Notes: generated by a model not told the origin, from the letters alone. 64,000 bases of DNA from Anthoceros angustus (GCA_010909165.1 MU008155.1:806001-870000), one strand, 5' to 3'; numbered from the stretch's first letter, positions 1 through 12,401 are shown. Made by a program: numbers and translations.

Positions 1-139
1 TGGGTGTGTCCGTCTCGATTGCGCTTGATTGTCTGGCACTCCGCCACTAGGGTTGTAAACTCCCCAGACGCCCCTGCTTCGCCACAGAACTGCTACCTCC
101 CGCTGATCGCGCTTTGTGGCGGTGTAGGCATCCCTAACA
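1..139 (+). mobile_element. Possible 3' end of an LTR (solo or 3' LTR), truncated by window edge
   Basis: GC-rich stretch ending ...GGTGTAGGCATCCCTAACA (CA terminus) then an abrupt switch to AT-rich sequence. No PBS follows. Weak support only. Confidence 0.25.
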
Positions 140-1699
140 TATATAGACACTTTCTTATTTCTAAAATCACCAAAACCCAAGGACTCTATCTCCGACCTAC
201 CTATCCGGGGTCGAAAAACCTAAGGTTCAAAAAAAACAAATTATTATCCCAAGGGCCAAGGACCATTCTCGTATAAAAGACCTTACCCAGGCGATTCTCA
301 AAGCACTCTGCTATACAAACACTCTTAAAACAAAAAAAAAAAAAATCGTGCATCTCGACACTTCAGAGAGGGGCTAGTGTATATGTGGTCTTCCACACGT
401 GTATTCCATTTCTACCAGTATATATGGCAAAAGCCATAAACAATTAGTATACAAGCCAATAATAGCTATGGTAAAGAAAAAAGGTTGATAAAGGAATTAT
501 GACCTTGTGAGGTGGAAGAAGGTGACAGTTAATGGGCATGTTACTGTGATATTCAGGTCTGGGCACCACTAACAAATAGTTGTGAAGAGAGAGTGCAATG
601 AAGAGCGCTAGGAAAAACCTTAACTAATTGTACTCCCAATGGGGAGTAATAAAGAGGGGGACTGAGAGAGAAGAGAGAGAGGGGTCCTTGTTACAGTCAT
701 GTTGCAATTGCATGAGGGAATTGATAAACAATGCGTATGAGAGAGGGGATGTAGTTAAGAGGGTGAGGAGAGAGAGCCAGGTTCGTGTTAAGATTGTAGG
801 CCCACTTGGGGAAAGAAATGACAAACTTAATACCAAGCCTCCAAATGATGTTGCAAGTTAGAAGTGTAACATAAAATTGCAACAACGACTATAACATAGG
901 CTGCCCTTTCTAGTAGGGCAAGAAGCTGCCGTGATCTATGAGAAAACATATATGGAAATAGTTGTTGATGCAGTCGAGCCCGCCTTCATCTTAGTGTTGC
1001 TGTACATCATAATCTTCAATGCTGCTTATTCGTGTAAGCATGTCTCTCGGATCTTTGACATGGAGTTTAAGCATCCACTCCCTAATTTAGACTCGAATGG
1101 TGAGGCTTCTCCATAGAAAGTTCATGTAGTCCTTGTCCTCTAGACTGTGTTTATTACAAAGGGCAGAACCTTGTCCTCCCTTGACTACTTTTACTCCCAC
1201 TTAGTTCACATGTAGTCCATGGAATAACGATTCAGATTCAGTATTTAAACTGCGCAATATTTAAACTGCAAAGGAAGTAATGGCACATGCTTTAAACAAC
1301 TTCAAGCATTCCTGGATACAAGATTCAACATTGTTTGTACCTTAGAAAGCAGTTTGGAGAGACCGGTGGCCCGAGATGGTGACACTGAAGATAATAATTA
1401 GGCAGCCGGAGTCCCTTGAGCGAGTTCTTCAATGCAAGACGTTAATAAAACCTTTAACCTCTACCATGCCTTCTTAGTTTCCTAGCGTTCAAGTTTTGCG
1501 ATCCGCTGGGAATTCAGACCATGCTTGTTTAGAAGGTGTCTAGATTGCAATGGGGTTGCTTACTTGCTTGCAAGGAGAGCTGCGTGTCGGTTGTTGTATT
1601 GGCTCACGAGTTTGGTGGCTTCTGCAAGGAACTTACCGAGCCATAGTGGCAGGGCATTCAATATGGCCCTGACAGTATTTGTGCCTTGAAACAAAGTTG

Positions 1700-2200
1700 G
1701 CAAGCATCAATGGCTGGGCAGCATAGGAGGAAATGTGCTTCATCCTCCACTAGCCCGGTTCTGGTAGCCCGGTTCTGGAGCATTGGCAGGTGCACCCTAG
1801 GCAATTGTTTTGGGCAAGGACCATCCTGAGTTGATGTGCCTTGGTGCGGAATCGAACAATTAACCTGGTGAGATCGGAAAGAAAGGGCTGTTGGAAATAT
1901 CGTTGGATCTGGTAGGTAGTGCTTTGGTGGACATGTTGAAGGTAGTGCAGCTTACTTGGCCCTGGCAAGGTTGGAGGCCATACCTTTCTAAGGAAAACAT
2001 TCTCAATATCGGTTTCCGTTATCTTGGCACCCAAATCTTTGGGGAGATCCCACCTGGCAAGCCAATTGGCTAAAGAGAGTAGCCAGCCCGAGAGGTGATT
2101 GATGCCATCTTCTGCTGAGAGTTGGCAAGCCTACCTGACGAGGGCAAAGTTTTCCATGATCCAAATGTTGTGTCTAAAATGGACACACTACTTCAGAGCT
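1700..2200 (-). mobile_element. Degenerate non-LTR retrotransposon (LINE, RTEX/L2-like) ORF2 C-terminus
   Basis: Minus-strand translation ...SGWLLSLANWL...SKLHYL...YQIQRYF...LIVRFRTKAHQLRM...C..C...(frameshift)VEDEAHFLLCCP matches the LINE terminal RFRTxxHxL / CxxC..VEDExHFLxxCP zinc-knuckle pattern. It has an internal stop, and a 14-nt duplication (tagcccggttctgg x2) shifts the frame. Confidence 0.65.
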
Positions 2201-2682
2201 TGTATCTCAGATGACATTTTTCGCTCTCATCCTCTTGTGTCAAACCCTAAACCATAAAAATAATTCAAATAAATATATAAATTAATTTTATATCGATGAA
2301 ATTATATAGAATATCGTATCCCATTGATGATACATGGACTATGATACGGTCCATTGCACACATGACATAAGTCTATATATACGCCAATTTTGGACCGGTA
2401 GTTCACGGGACCGTCGGTCCCCGAGAAAAATGAGGGACCGGGATCGGGAGCGGGATAAGGACCGGCAACTTCCGACCGCCAGCCCCGAACTAGTTAGAGA
2501 CCGGGACCGAGGCCGGGACGAAGTCAATCTGAAACCGGCACGTTCGCTAGTGCAGTGCACCGCCGGCCAGTATAAGAAAAGAAGAAGTCTACCGTATTAT
2601 AGAGCTCGAGGAAGATAACGTATCCAGTCCACCCTTTCTACGTCGGATGCAGCACTATCGTGTGTGGAGAGCCGAGAGCGAG

Positions 2683-2722
<40 letters not shown>

Positions 2723-2723
2723 G
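2683..2723. repeat. (CATGGG)n microsatellite, about 7 units
   Basis: Direct reading of six full and one partial CATGGG units. Confidence 0.95.
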
Positions 2724-3567
2724 TGACGATGATCATGCAAGCTCCCCTTGCGGGTCGAATGTCCCCGGGTGTGCAAAGCAACTTGGAAATAATAAAGCTT
2801 TTAGGTACCTAGTATCGATCGAGCATCCGTCAGGAAAAGAATAAACTATCTTACTGGTCAAGCCCGGAGGAGCGTTGCGTTTTGAACACTTGGAGGAAGC
2901 TCCGCAGTATCTTGCATGTGCTGCGAATGTGCTCCTAGAAAATTGGTACTGGGACGGTGCGGCCGCTCTACAATTGCCCTACCGTGGCCATTCTCGCCAC
3001 TGCTGGTTACCGGCATGTATAGACCTGCCGCTGGGCGTCGCAGGATGCTTGGGCTGCTGCTTGGCTGACTCGTCAATTCGCGTTGAGCAATGCCTCAGTC
3101 TTCGCCTTCCTCTGACGCGCCGCATTGGTGTCGTCTCAGCCTCTGCACAACAAAACTCGAGGATTGGCCTTATGGAAGCTCAGGGCAAGCTTTGTCGGCG
3201 TTTCTCTGCCGGTACGTGAGTCCTAAGCGCCGGCAGGGGCTCGCTGAATGCATGCGGGGGTCTCTTCCGCAAGGAATTTGAAAGGCTGAGGCCGGGGTGG
3301 CGGAGGAGCGGTCTTGTTTGCTTGCTGTGGAGGCTGTATCTGTACTTCTCCGAGGCAAGCATGAGATACTCGGAGCTGCCAGAAACGGGGAGCATGCGGA
3401 TTCCTCGGAATCGTTCGATATCGGGGAATCGGCACTTTGAGCAATTTAGGCCTCGGTCCGGAGCTGATCTTCCGAGGGAATTGCTGTCGGGTGCGGTGTA
3501 GCACGGCCGTTTCGAGATGGGACTGCCTTGACTGATGGGGGTCACGAGATTAGGTTTGTGACTCGCC

Positions 3568-6500
3568 ATGGCCAAGCGGAGGATTCCACCTATGGAGCGC
3601 TTCCTCGGGCCCTCCCACAGACTGATCTATGTGAACGACAGTGGCCCCACGGCGGATGTGTACAGTGACAATAAAATCTCCAACACCAAGTACAATTTGT
3701 TGAATTTTATTCCCAAGAATCTCTGGGAGCAATTCAGTCGGTTCATGAACCAGTACTTCCTGCTCATTGCCTGTTTGCAGCTATGGCCCCTCATCACGCC
3801 TGTGAGCCCGGTGAGCACATGGGGACCGCTTATTATCATTTTCGCAGTCTCTGCGTCCAAGGAGGCTTGGGATGATTACTATAGATACACGCAGGACAAG
3901 GTGGCAAATGAAAGGAGAGTATGGGTTGTGCAAAATGGCTTGAAAACCCAGATTCGGTCTCAAGACGTTCATGTGGGGGATCTCGTGTGGATCTCCCAGA
4001 ACGACGAGGTTCCCTGTGATATGGTGCTCTTGGGCACATCGGAGCCTAATGGTGTCTGTTATGTGGAAACTGCTGCTATAGATGGAGAGACCGATCTCAA
4101 AACTAGGTCTGTGCCTCTCCCTTGCACAGGTCTGACCAGCGACCTCTTGCACAAGGTGAAGGGTCTGATACAATGTCCCGGCCCAGATGCAGATTTGAGA
4201 AGATTCGATGGTAATTTGAGGCTATTTCCTCCATTCGTGGACAATGATTTTTGTCCTCTCACAGCAAATAACATATTGTTGCAGTCATGCACCATGCGGA
4301 ATACAGAATGGGCTTGTGGTGTTGCCGTGTACACAGGGAATGAGACGAAAGTTGGGATGAGCAAGGGCCTTCCAGAGCCAAAGCTGACTGCCGTAGACAG
4401 CATGATTGACAAACTGACCGCTGCAATTTTTGCTTTTCAACTGGTAGTTGTGCTCATTCTTGGGGTGGCTGGGAACATCTGGAGGGCTTGGGAGTCTCGA
4501 AAAATGTGGTTTCTGAAGTACCCCAAGCATACCCCGTGGTTTGAGTTTTTGGTGATTCCGCTCCGATTTGAGCTCCTTTCTTCCATTATGATCCCAATCT
4601 CTATCAAGGTCTCCCTGGATTTAGCAAAAGGTCTGTATGCCAAGTTCATTGACTGGGACCTGCATATGTATGATGAAAGGACTGATACACCCGCTGCTGT
4701 TGCTAATACTGGTATCAGTGAAGATCTGGGTCAAGTGGAATTTATCCTTACAGACAAGACTGGGACGCTAACTGAGAATATCATGCTGTTCAAAAGGTGC
4801 TGCATCAAAGGCACATCTTATGGTGGGCTATCTGGTGATGCTCTTACAGATTCCTTACTGACAAGAGCTGTTGGGCTTAAGGATCCAGATGTTGTAAAGT
4901 TCTTGATGGTCATGACTATGTGTAACACCGTGGTCCCCAGCAAAAGTGTGGAGGGAATTGTGTCCTACAAAGCACAGTCTCAGGATGAGGAAGCTTTAGT
5001 TAATGCAGCTTACCAGCTTGGCATGGTTCTGACGTACGTAGTTGGCTCGACTATTGAAGTTAGTTTCCTAGGAACAGTGCTGAAGTATGAGCTGCTGGAT
5101 GTTCTCGAGTTTACATCAGACAGGAAAAGGATGTCTGTGGTAATCCGTGATGCTGTGACAAGGAAGCTGATGCTGTTGACCAAAGGTGCTGATGAGGCAA
5201 TGTTGCCCTTTGCTCGAAGTGATCAGCTAGTCCGACCGGTAGCTGAGGTTTCTGAAAATTATGCAAGAACAGGTTTGAGAACCCTGTGCCTTGCATATCG
5301 TGACTTGAGTGAGGAGGAGTATCTGGGATGGTCATCTGAATTTCGGGCAGCGAGCAGCTCTACAACAGAGAGAGACTGGAAAGTTGCTGAGATCTGCCAG
5401 CGGTTAGAGAGAAATTTTGAGCTCCTTGGTGTAACAGGCATTGAGGATAAGTTGCAGGAAGGTGTCCCAGAGACCATAGAGACTCTGAGGAAGGCTGGAA
5501 TTAACTTCTGGATGTTGACCGGGGATAAGCATAGTACAGCAGTTCAAATTGCATTGGCTTGCAACTTGGTGCTGCCTGAACCACATGGTCACATCTTGCA
5601 CATTGAAGGGAAGACCCCGAATGAGGTGTCTGTCAGTCTGGAGAGGGTGCTACGCACTTTGCGCATTGCTTCAGTTGAGCACAAAGATGGAGCATTTGTT
5701 ATAGATGGTTTGGCTCTTGAAATGGCGCTGCAGCACCGCTATGATTCTTTTGTTGAGTTAACAATGCTTTCCAAGACAGCCATATGCTGTCGAGTGACCC
5801 CTTCTCAAAAGGCCCAGCTTGTGGACATGGTGAAGAGCTGTGATTATCGAACATTGGCCATTGGTGATGGCGGTAATGATGTTAAAATGATACAGGAGGC
5901 CCATGTTGGAGTGGGACTTAGTGGACATGAAGGTCTGCAAGCAGCAAGGGCTGCAGACTTCAGCATTGGGAAATTTAGATTTCTGAAACGACTCATATTG
6001 GTACATGGGCGATACTCATACATTCGGACCTCATTTCTTGCGCAGTATTCTATATACAAGTCTTTGCTCATCTGCTTCATCCAGATATATTTCTCTTTCC
6101 TTTCAGGATTAGCAGGAACAAGTCTTTTCAATTCCTTTAGTTTGATGGCCTACAACGTGGTATACACAAGCATACCAGTTATGATGGCAACTCTGGATAA
6201 GGATATAAGCGAGAAGACCGTTCTTCAGCATCCCCAAATTCTGTTTATTTGTCAAGCAGGGAGGATGATGAATCCGAGTACGTTTGCTGGGTGGTTTGCA
6301 CGAGCAGTTTTCCATGCAGGGGTCGTCTTTGTAGTGACTATTCATGTCTATGCGCACAGCAAAAGTGACACAGAAGAGCTGTCCATGGTTGCGCTTTCTG
6401 GTTGCATTTGGTTGGAGGCGTTTCTTGTTACTTTGGAAACAAACACTTTCACCATCTATCAGCTCGTTGCAATTTGGGGCAACCTTCTAGCATTTTACCT

Positions 6501-6957
6501 CATCAACTTCGTGGTGAGCATGTTCAGGCGAGGTGGGATGTACACTATAATGTTCCGGTTATGTGCGCAGCCCACATACTGGTTGTCTCTGCTGCTGATA
6601 GTAGTGGCAGGAATGGGACCGGTGCTTGCCCTCAAGTATGTGCGCTTTGTGTATCGACCTAGTGCAATCAATGCACTGCAGCAGCTGGAAAGGTCACGGC
6701 CACTCTATTCAGGAGCATCCAGTGTGCAGACAGCTGGGAGAAGCATGGACAAGGATTACACGCGTCTCCCTCTGACCAGAATATGTGCTGATGAGGGATC
6801 AGCGTATGATCCAGGGTCCGTCTATGAACCTCTCCTGTGTTGTAACTCGTCTTCCAGATTAACATGGGGAACGGGAGGTGCTCCACCTATTGAATACTTC
6901 GATTATCTGCCTCCAAGCCCGCCGCCCTTATCCTACTCACAGAACAAGAACAAGTGA
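3568..6957 (+). CDS. ALA2: P4-type ATPase (phospholipid flippase), ALA2-like, single exon, 1129 aa
   Basis: Uninterrupted ORF with DGET (AAIDGETDLK), the phosphorylation motif DKTGTLT, MLTGDK and GDGGND. The N-terminus NLWEQFSRFMNQYFLLIACLQLW and ISEDLGQVE match the Arabidopsis ALA2 type. Confidence 0.95.
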   Translation: MAKRRIPPMERFLGPSHRLIYVNDSGPTADVYSDNKISNTKYNLLNFIPKNLWEQFSRFMNQYFLLIACLQLWPLITPVSPVSTWGPLIIIFAVSASKEAWDDYYRYTQDKVANERRVWVVQNGLKTQIRSQDVHVGDLVWISQNDEVPCDMVLLGTSEPNGVCYVETAAIDGETDLKTRSVPLPCTGLTSDLLHKVKGLIQCPGPDADLRRFDGNLRLFPPFVDNDFCPLTANNILLQSCTMRNTEWACGVAVYTGNETKVGMSKGLPEPKLTAVDSMIDKLTAAIFAFQLVVVLILGVAGNIWRAWESRKMWFLKYPKHTPWFEFLVIPLRFELLSSIMIPISIKVSLDLAKGLYAKFIDWDLHMYDERTDTPAAVANTGISEDLGQVEFILTDKTGTLTENIMLFKRCCIKGTSYGGLSGDALTDSLLTRAVGLKDPDVVKFLMVMTMCNTVVPSKSVEGIVSYKAQSQDEEALVNAAYQLGMVLTYVVGSTIEVSFLGTVLKYELLDVLEFTSDRKRMSVVIRDAVTRKLMLLTKGADEAMLPFARSDQLVRPVAEVSENYARTGLRTLCLAYRDLSEEEYLGWSSEFRAASSSTTERDWKVAEICQRLERNFELLGVTGIEDKLQEGVPETIETLRKAGINFWMLTGDKHSTAVQIALACNLVLPEPHGHILHIEGKTPNEVSVSLERVLRTLRIASVEHKDGAFVIDGLALEMALQHRYDSFVELTMLSKTAICCRVTPSQKAQLVDMVKSCDYRTLAIGDGGNDVKMIQEAHVGVGLSGHEGLQAARAADFSIGKFRFLKRLILVHGRYSYIRTSFLAQYSIYKSLLICFIQIYFSFLSGLAGTSLFNSFSLMAYNVVYTSIPVMMATLDKDISEKTVLQHPQILFICQAGRMMNPSTFAGWFARAVFHAGVVFVVTIHVYAHSKSDTEELSMVALSGCIWLEAFLVTLETNTFTIYQLVAIWGNLLAFYLINFVVSMFRRGGMYTIMFRLCAQPTYWLSLLLIVVAGMGPVLALKYVRFVYRPSAINALQQLERSRPLYSGASSVQTAGRSMDKDYTRLPLTRICADEGSAYDPGSVYEPLLCCNSSSRLTWGTGGAPPIEYFDYLPPSPPPLSYSQNKNK

Positions 6958-7366
6958 TGTTCCCCTTTCCTGAAAACCCCTCGTCTTTCCAAGTCTCTTT
7001 GTCGAACGTGAGACGCAGCTTGTACTGTAATTCTTTCTTGTAAACGTAGCCATATGTGGAGTCCGTGCGTGGGCTGGAAGCCTGAGATCAATTCAGGGTT
7101 TCAAGCACAACCAGCCATTCAACGGTGTTTACTCCAGTCTTGATGCTGTGATGTGAATACAGACAAAAGCTGCAGCTTCGGACTCAGTTGGTTCATTGTC
7201 GGTGAGACTAACCCAAATCAGAATGCAGCTTTACGACAGCAAATTGTTATAACATTATCCACAGACCAGTAAGCCCAGGACGCGGGCGCATGGTTCGCCA
7301 TTGTAGGCGCATGGCGGGCGGGTCTCGGTGATGTGAAGCTCCGAGGGGTCACCGACAAAAGTGAGG

Positions 7367-7846
7367 ATGGCGGCCTCGCTTTCGTCCTCCCTCTGTGCCT
7401 GCGCTAGCGGTGGTCTGGCGCGGGAGCGCGTTGAGGTTCCTTCCTCCAGAGTAGGAAGCACAGGCCGGTTTCTCCCCTCACGCAACGGGTGGCATGGAGG
7501 AAGCAGCCCCAGCAGGCGGCGACTGCAATGCAGAGCGCACACCGTGGAGGTACTACATGGCGGGAAAAAGCATGTGCTGGAGGTGGATGAGGACGAGAGC
7601 ATTTTGTCCAAGGCGTTGGACGCGGGGTTGGATTTGCCGTATGATTGTCAGCTAGGAGTGTGCATGACTTGCCCCGCCAAACTGGAGCAAGGGAAAGTAG
7701 ATCAGTCGGAAGGGATGCTCAGCGACGACGTCGTTGATCAAGGTTACACACTCATGTGTGTCGCCTATCCCCGCTCTGACTGCAGAATTCGCACTATTCC
7801 AGAAGACGAGCTGCTCTCCCTGCAGCTCGTCACATCTGGAGATTAG
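7367..7846 (+). CDS. FdC1: Chloroplast ferredoxin C1 (2Fe-2S, C-terminal extension)
   Basis: Ser/Arg-rich transit peptide, then ESILSKALDAGLDLPYDCQLGVCMTCPAKL...GYTLMCVAYPRSDC...IPEDELLSLQL, the FdC1 signature. First ATG at 7367. Confidence 0.93.
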   Translation: MAASLSSSLCACASGGLARERVEVPSSRVGSTGRFLPSRNGWHGGSSPSRRRLQCRAHTVEVLHGGKKHVLEVDEDESILSKALDAGLDLPYDCQLGVCMTCPAKLEQGKVDQSEGMLSDDVVDQGYTLMCVAYPRSDCRIRTIPEDELLSLQLVTSGD

Positions 7847-8099
7847 GCTGGGCGTTCATCCCTTTGAGTTCATATTTTTGGTAGAGAGTAGTTTTTCTCA
7901 AATACCTCCTCCGGGAGGCAATGTACTCTTCGGACTGCAGGAAACCAGGAAGGGGAACAGTCTTTGTCACTCGTGTCATTTTCTCGGCGTCGTCTTAGTT
8001 TTCCGGCTAAAGAGATGAGAAAAAGGTGACAACCAGTTGGACGGTGCATCAGAGAGTACATACCTCACCAATCTGAGTTGATACATTTGTTGGATACAT

Positions 8100-8162
8100 C
8101 ATATGAAATCTTGTTTATACCATATGAAGTCTTTACTATACCATATGAAACCTTTATTATAC
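8100..8162. repeat. 3 x 21-nt imperfect tandem repeat (CATATGAA...TATAC)
   Basis: Units start at 8100, 8121 and 8142. Confidence 0.85.
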
Positions 8163-8575
8163 ATGGGTGGGGGATACTAACAAAGAGAATCAGCACAAGT
8201 TCATCAAGATGATGCTCCTCCTCGAGGCTTGAACTTGGGTTCAGCTAGCCTGCTCTTACCCTCTGACGCTGAAGAATTAGTTTTACAGCCAGATTGCCGG
8301 TACAGACGGATGACAATTGAACGGTTCTCAATTGCGCCACATAAATACATACCATGCCATTCTATAGCCAACACCGTTGCAACTCAAGTAGCCTTGAATG
8401 CAGGGCACATTGTAGACAAGTTGATGACGACCCTTTCTGAGAAAGGCGAAACTGCGTGCTACTGAATCTGCAGAAACTTGTGAAATAGCTCAAGTAGAAG
8501 GGAAGACATTGGAAACTCATCTCACACGCTCTCACCTTGACATCTAAGAGCCAGCACAGCGTCAAGCAGGGAAAC

Positions 8576-11500
8576 TCAAGCAGGAGAAGTAAATGTATGG
8601 GAGAGGGTTTGTCGCCGTGGGACACCTATTTCACAGGTGTTCACCTTAGCAGCAAAGCGCAAGGAGCACAGAGATTCATTCAGAGACTTGGAGTCAGGTG
8701 ATATGTTGACAAACATCAGCGTCTTCGAGTCTCCTCCAAGGCAGGGCTGCATTCAGCATCAACGGGTTAGGCAGAAGCTAACAAACGACTCCCAAAGAAG
8801 AAAACACGTGAACATGCGACTTCCATACCTGGAGGAGATAAGTCAGCTTCGAATTGCGGTAGGGAATATGCTGTTCCTTGTTGGCTATAGCCATGATCAC
8901 ATCGCCTAGGCTGGATAAACTTTTGTTTATAGCCTGAAAACGAAATGCTGTTAACACACGAAACTGCTGACGCGAAGTACTGCAAAGAGCGGCACTCATG
9001 GCAATTTTAGAGGCTTGTACTGACCTGTGTTTCCTTCAGCCGATCGCCTATCGCACCACTTCTCGAAAGGCGTTCGCTACCAGCTAGATCAATCATATTC
9101 AACACACCTTGGACCTGCTGCTCAGTGCTCTGCAAACACACAGAGAATCTTCAGCAAATGCTATTTGGAAGAGCAATCCAGCCGATAGGGAAATAGAACG
9201 AGGAGGTAAAGCACACCTCATTGTGTCCTGATATCCTCAATGTGAATACACAATGACTTCGTGAGGACTGCTCGTTCATCGCGGTCTTACCAACAGTCCT
9301 GATTCAGAAAAGACCACTTACATAAGGTGACCTGAGGTGTGCAATATGCGCAAACATTTCACCACACAGATCGGGATCAGAAACTAACCTGCTTAAAGAA
9401 GCACGACTGAGCAAAGAAGAGACTTCCCTCCAGCTGACAACTTCGACCACTGTCAGGTCAGATACGATTGTATTGCCATTTTGATCATGCTTCACAATGT
9501 ATTGCTGCTTGGATCCACTGTCACTTCGCGCCTCGACATTGCGAGGACTCGCAAGAAGATCTCGAATGGTTTCATTGTAGATCTCCAACATTGAGGCCTG
9601 TCGAAATAGGAGGGACGTTTACATCAGAGTGAGAGGACAGCAAGACAGTCAAGCGTTACCGCCCAGTTTAACATCAAAAAATTTCTCTACACCATCAAGG
9701 CAAATCTGACCTGCATTTTAAAATTCCAGCCCTGAGTCTCGAGTGTCTGACTTGATTGGAACACCTGCTCTAAAGCTCTGGGTATCACACCCTTATCGTC
9801 TGGATGGTTGGGACTTCCCATCATAGTGTGTGTTTTCCCAGATCCTGTTTGTCCGTATGCAAAAATGCAAACCTGCAAAAAGCCGAGCTTGTAAGAACAC
9901 TACTCAGACCTGACAAGATCGGTAAACCAGTCAGGCCACGGATGTGACTGCAGACAGGTTGTACCTTGTATCCATCCAGTGCACTTTGCACAAGCTGGGA
10001 AATCTCAGTGAAGACGTGTTGCTGTTGGACATCAGGACCAAACACTTTGTCGAACGAGAACACATGTTTTGAACCTGCAACAAACAGCCTATCAAAACGT
10101 TTCTGCCCGAAAGACCGAATTACAAACATTTTCGGCCATATTTGCTGACATACCTTGCGGCTGCAGAAGCTCAATGCCACGACCAAGAAGGTCAATAGAA
10201 TTTGGATACTGAACAACGGGCAGTTCTGCTGTTTCTTCATCTTCAGGAAGGATGGGCCGAACTCTGCAGAATACTCTTATGTTCCCTTTCAGTTCCTGCA
10301 AAAAAAATCGTCCATTGACAACCAGGAAAAGGGCATAATAATGCAGCATAACAGAACAAAAGCGTCTGTCAAGGGATGGTCAGAGGCTGCAAGGAATTAC
10401 AAGGATTGTATTGTGAAGCTTTTTCCGGAGAAGCTCTCCTTCAATGACACGAGTCTCAGCTTCACTAAGGCGAGCCTGCAGGTCTTCCGTCTTTTTTCTC
10501 TGGAGCGTTGTCTCTGATTTTAGTGCCTGCAGTCTGGTCTCTGACTCCTGAGGTGGAGAAAAGTGATCTACGTGAGGAACAACTTCTTCGGAGCAAAACC
10601 TCTAGAACATACAGCAACCAACAAAACGGACCTCCAGCTGATGATTTGCAAGATCAAGCTGCAGTTTCAAGTTGTTGATGAGGTCTGACTGACTCATGCA
10701 GCTTTCCTGTAAATCGAGGTTTGAAAATTGGTGCGCTTTCGTCCAGAGAAAAACAAACACATGTCGGTAATTGTGAGATGCCAATCAGAGAAATGACAGT
10801 TTCGCCATACCTCCAGAGCAGCTGCTTTGTTCTGAATGAAATCCAAATCTGCAGCAGTACGTCCGGTGCACTCCTTGTACAATGCATTCTCTGAGGCTAA
10901 AACTTGATTCTGACTCAATTGTTGGTCTCGCTCTTCCACTAACCGCTGAATTTCAGCACGAAGTCTGTCGCCATCATCAATAAGTATCTTTTTCTGCCTC
11001 TGTGCTTCTTGAAGTGTTGTCTGAAAGAAACATTCATTAACGAAAGACAATAAAAACGTTGAATAACTGTGCATACCTGTTTCAAGAACTCAGTGCAAGC
11101 ATTCAATATGTGCATACCTTCGTAGAGTCAAGTTGGCTCTGAAGAGCTGCAGAATGTCCTCGGAGTGTACTGAGGGTTTCCATGATGACAGCTTTTTCCT
11201 TTTGGATCCTGGCGATTGCTTCAGCTGCGACAGTACCATCTGCTTGGAGTTTGCAGTTATACTGCTGCAAACTTGCATTGTATTCCTGCAGCCTCTTGTT
11301 GATATCTTGCAGGGATCCAACCTATAAACGATTGAAAACAGTCAGCCAAAGCCTTTCACGACCCAAATCATTTGTCAAGCCTGACTTTGGAAATCAGCAA
11401 GGTGTAAACATTTGACTGTCTTACTTGCTGGGTCGCAGTAGCCAGTTCCTTTCGTGCCTTGTCCAATTCATCAGTTAGATGAGATTGCTTCCTAACTGCA

Positions 11501-12401
11501 GCCTGCAATGACTCTGCATCTTTCTGTCTCACGCGCATTAAGGCCTGTGATAGTCTGTATTAGAGGGGGGAACCGGTGACAATTTTGGAAGGCCAAAAGT
11601 GGTGCAAAAAATTGTTCCGCTAGCGGAGCAAAAGAAAAACCGCGCACCTCTTTCTGAGCGTCTGTCTCAGCGAGACATTCTGCTAATCCAGAACATTTCT
11701 GAATACACTCCTCGAGCTTAGATTCAAGTTCTGCTTGCCTTTTCCTGGAGGCACTGACTGAATGGACAAGAGTAATGACATTAGACCCAAATATCCAAAC
11801 AAGGTGCGGATCATGAAGATGCGGGGAAGAGGCTAATCCTTTCAAAAGACGGGAAGAGGCCCTACCAATTTCATCATAGTTCTGTTTGTCATTGTCCAGC
11901 TGCTGCTTGAGCTGATCCTTCTCCAGAAGATGTCCAGTTTCTACCTCCTGAAAGTGTCTAATGCAAGCCCTCAATTTCTTGATGTATTCCATCATCTGCT
12001 CGCTTCTTCCCTGTCATTCGAATGCGATGCTGATCAGAATCCTCTGGCGCTGCAACGGGTAAGACATTCGGACAACACTCCGTAAGTTTTGAGGACTGCA
12101 CCTTGTAGTCATACTTGTTTTTCCCACTCATTTTCATCCCTAGCAGAGCTTGCACATCTGCGCTGGTCGTTGACATGCCCTCCCACTCCCCAGCACTGGG
12201 AGGCAGGGCAGCTTGCCCAACCGGACATGATTCCCGAGCTGCGTTCACTGCCGCGAAAGCTTGCCGATTCCGAGCCGCAGCAGTCAAGTCCGCTGTCAAC
12301 CTGGCTCCAAAGTCATCCCTGCCTCCGGCAAGCTTCCTCTTTCGTTCCGACAGAGAGTCATCCTGGTTCTCCTTGAGCCGGCGGTTCATTGAGTCGGACA
12401 T
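8576..12401 (-). CDS. KIN14C: Kinesin-14 with C-terminal motor (ATK1/ATK5, KIN14C/D type), multi-exon
   Basis: Exons with GT-AG ends give a coiled-coil stalk, then [75 protein letters not shown] and [17 protein letters not shown] (stop 8576-8578). Start codon taken at 12401; upstream UTR exons are likely. Confidence 0.92.

Noticed and set aside
400-1500. Additional LINE RT/zf-RVT-like fragments (NFLWRSL, EGGLDC)
   Set aside because: Too degenerate to support beyond isolated short motifs.
2647-2844. Small ORF with a His-Gly repeat (possible metal-binding peptide)
   Set aside because: The HG run is fully explained by the (CATGGG)n microsatellite, and the rest shows no coding signature.
3627-6886. 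Many antisense ORFs within ALA2 and other long CDSs
   Set aside because: These are shadow ORFs of genuine coding strands with no independent motifs.
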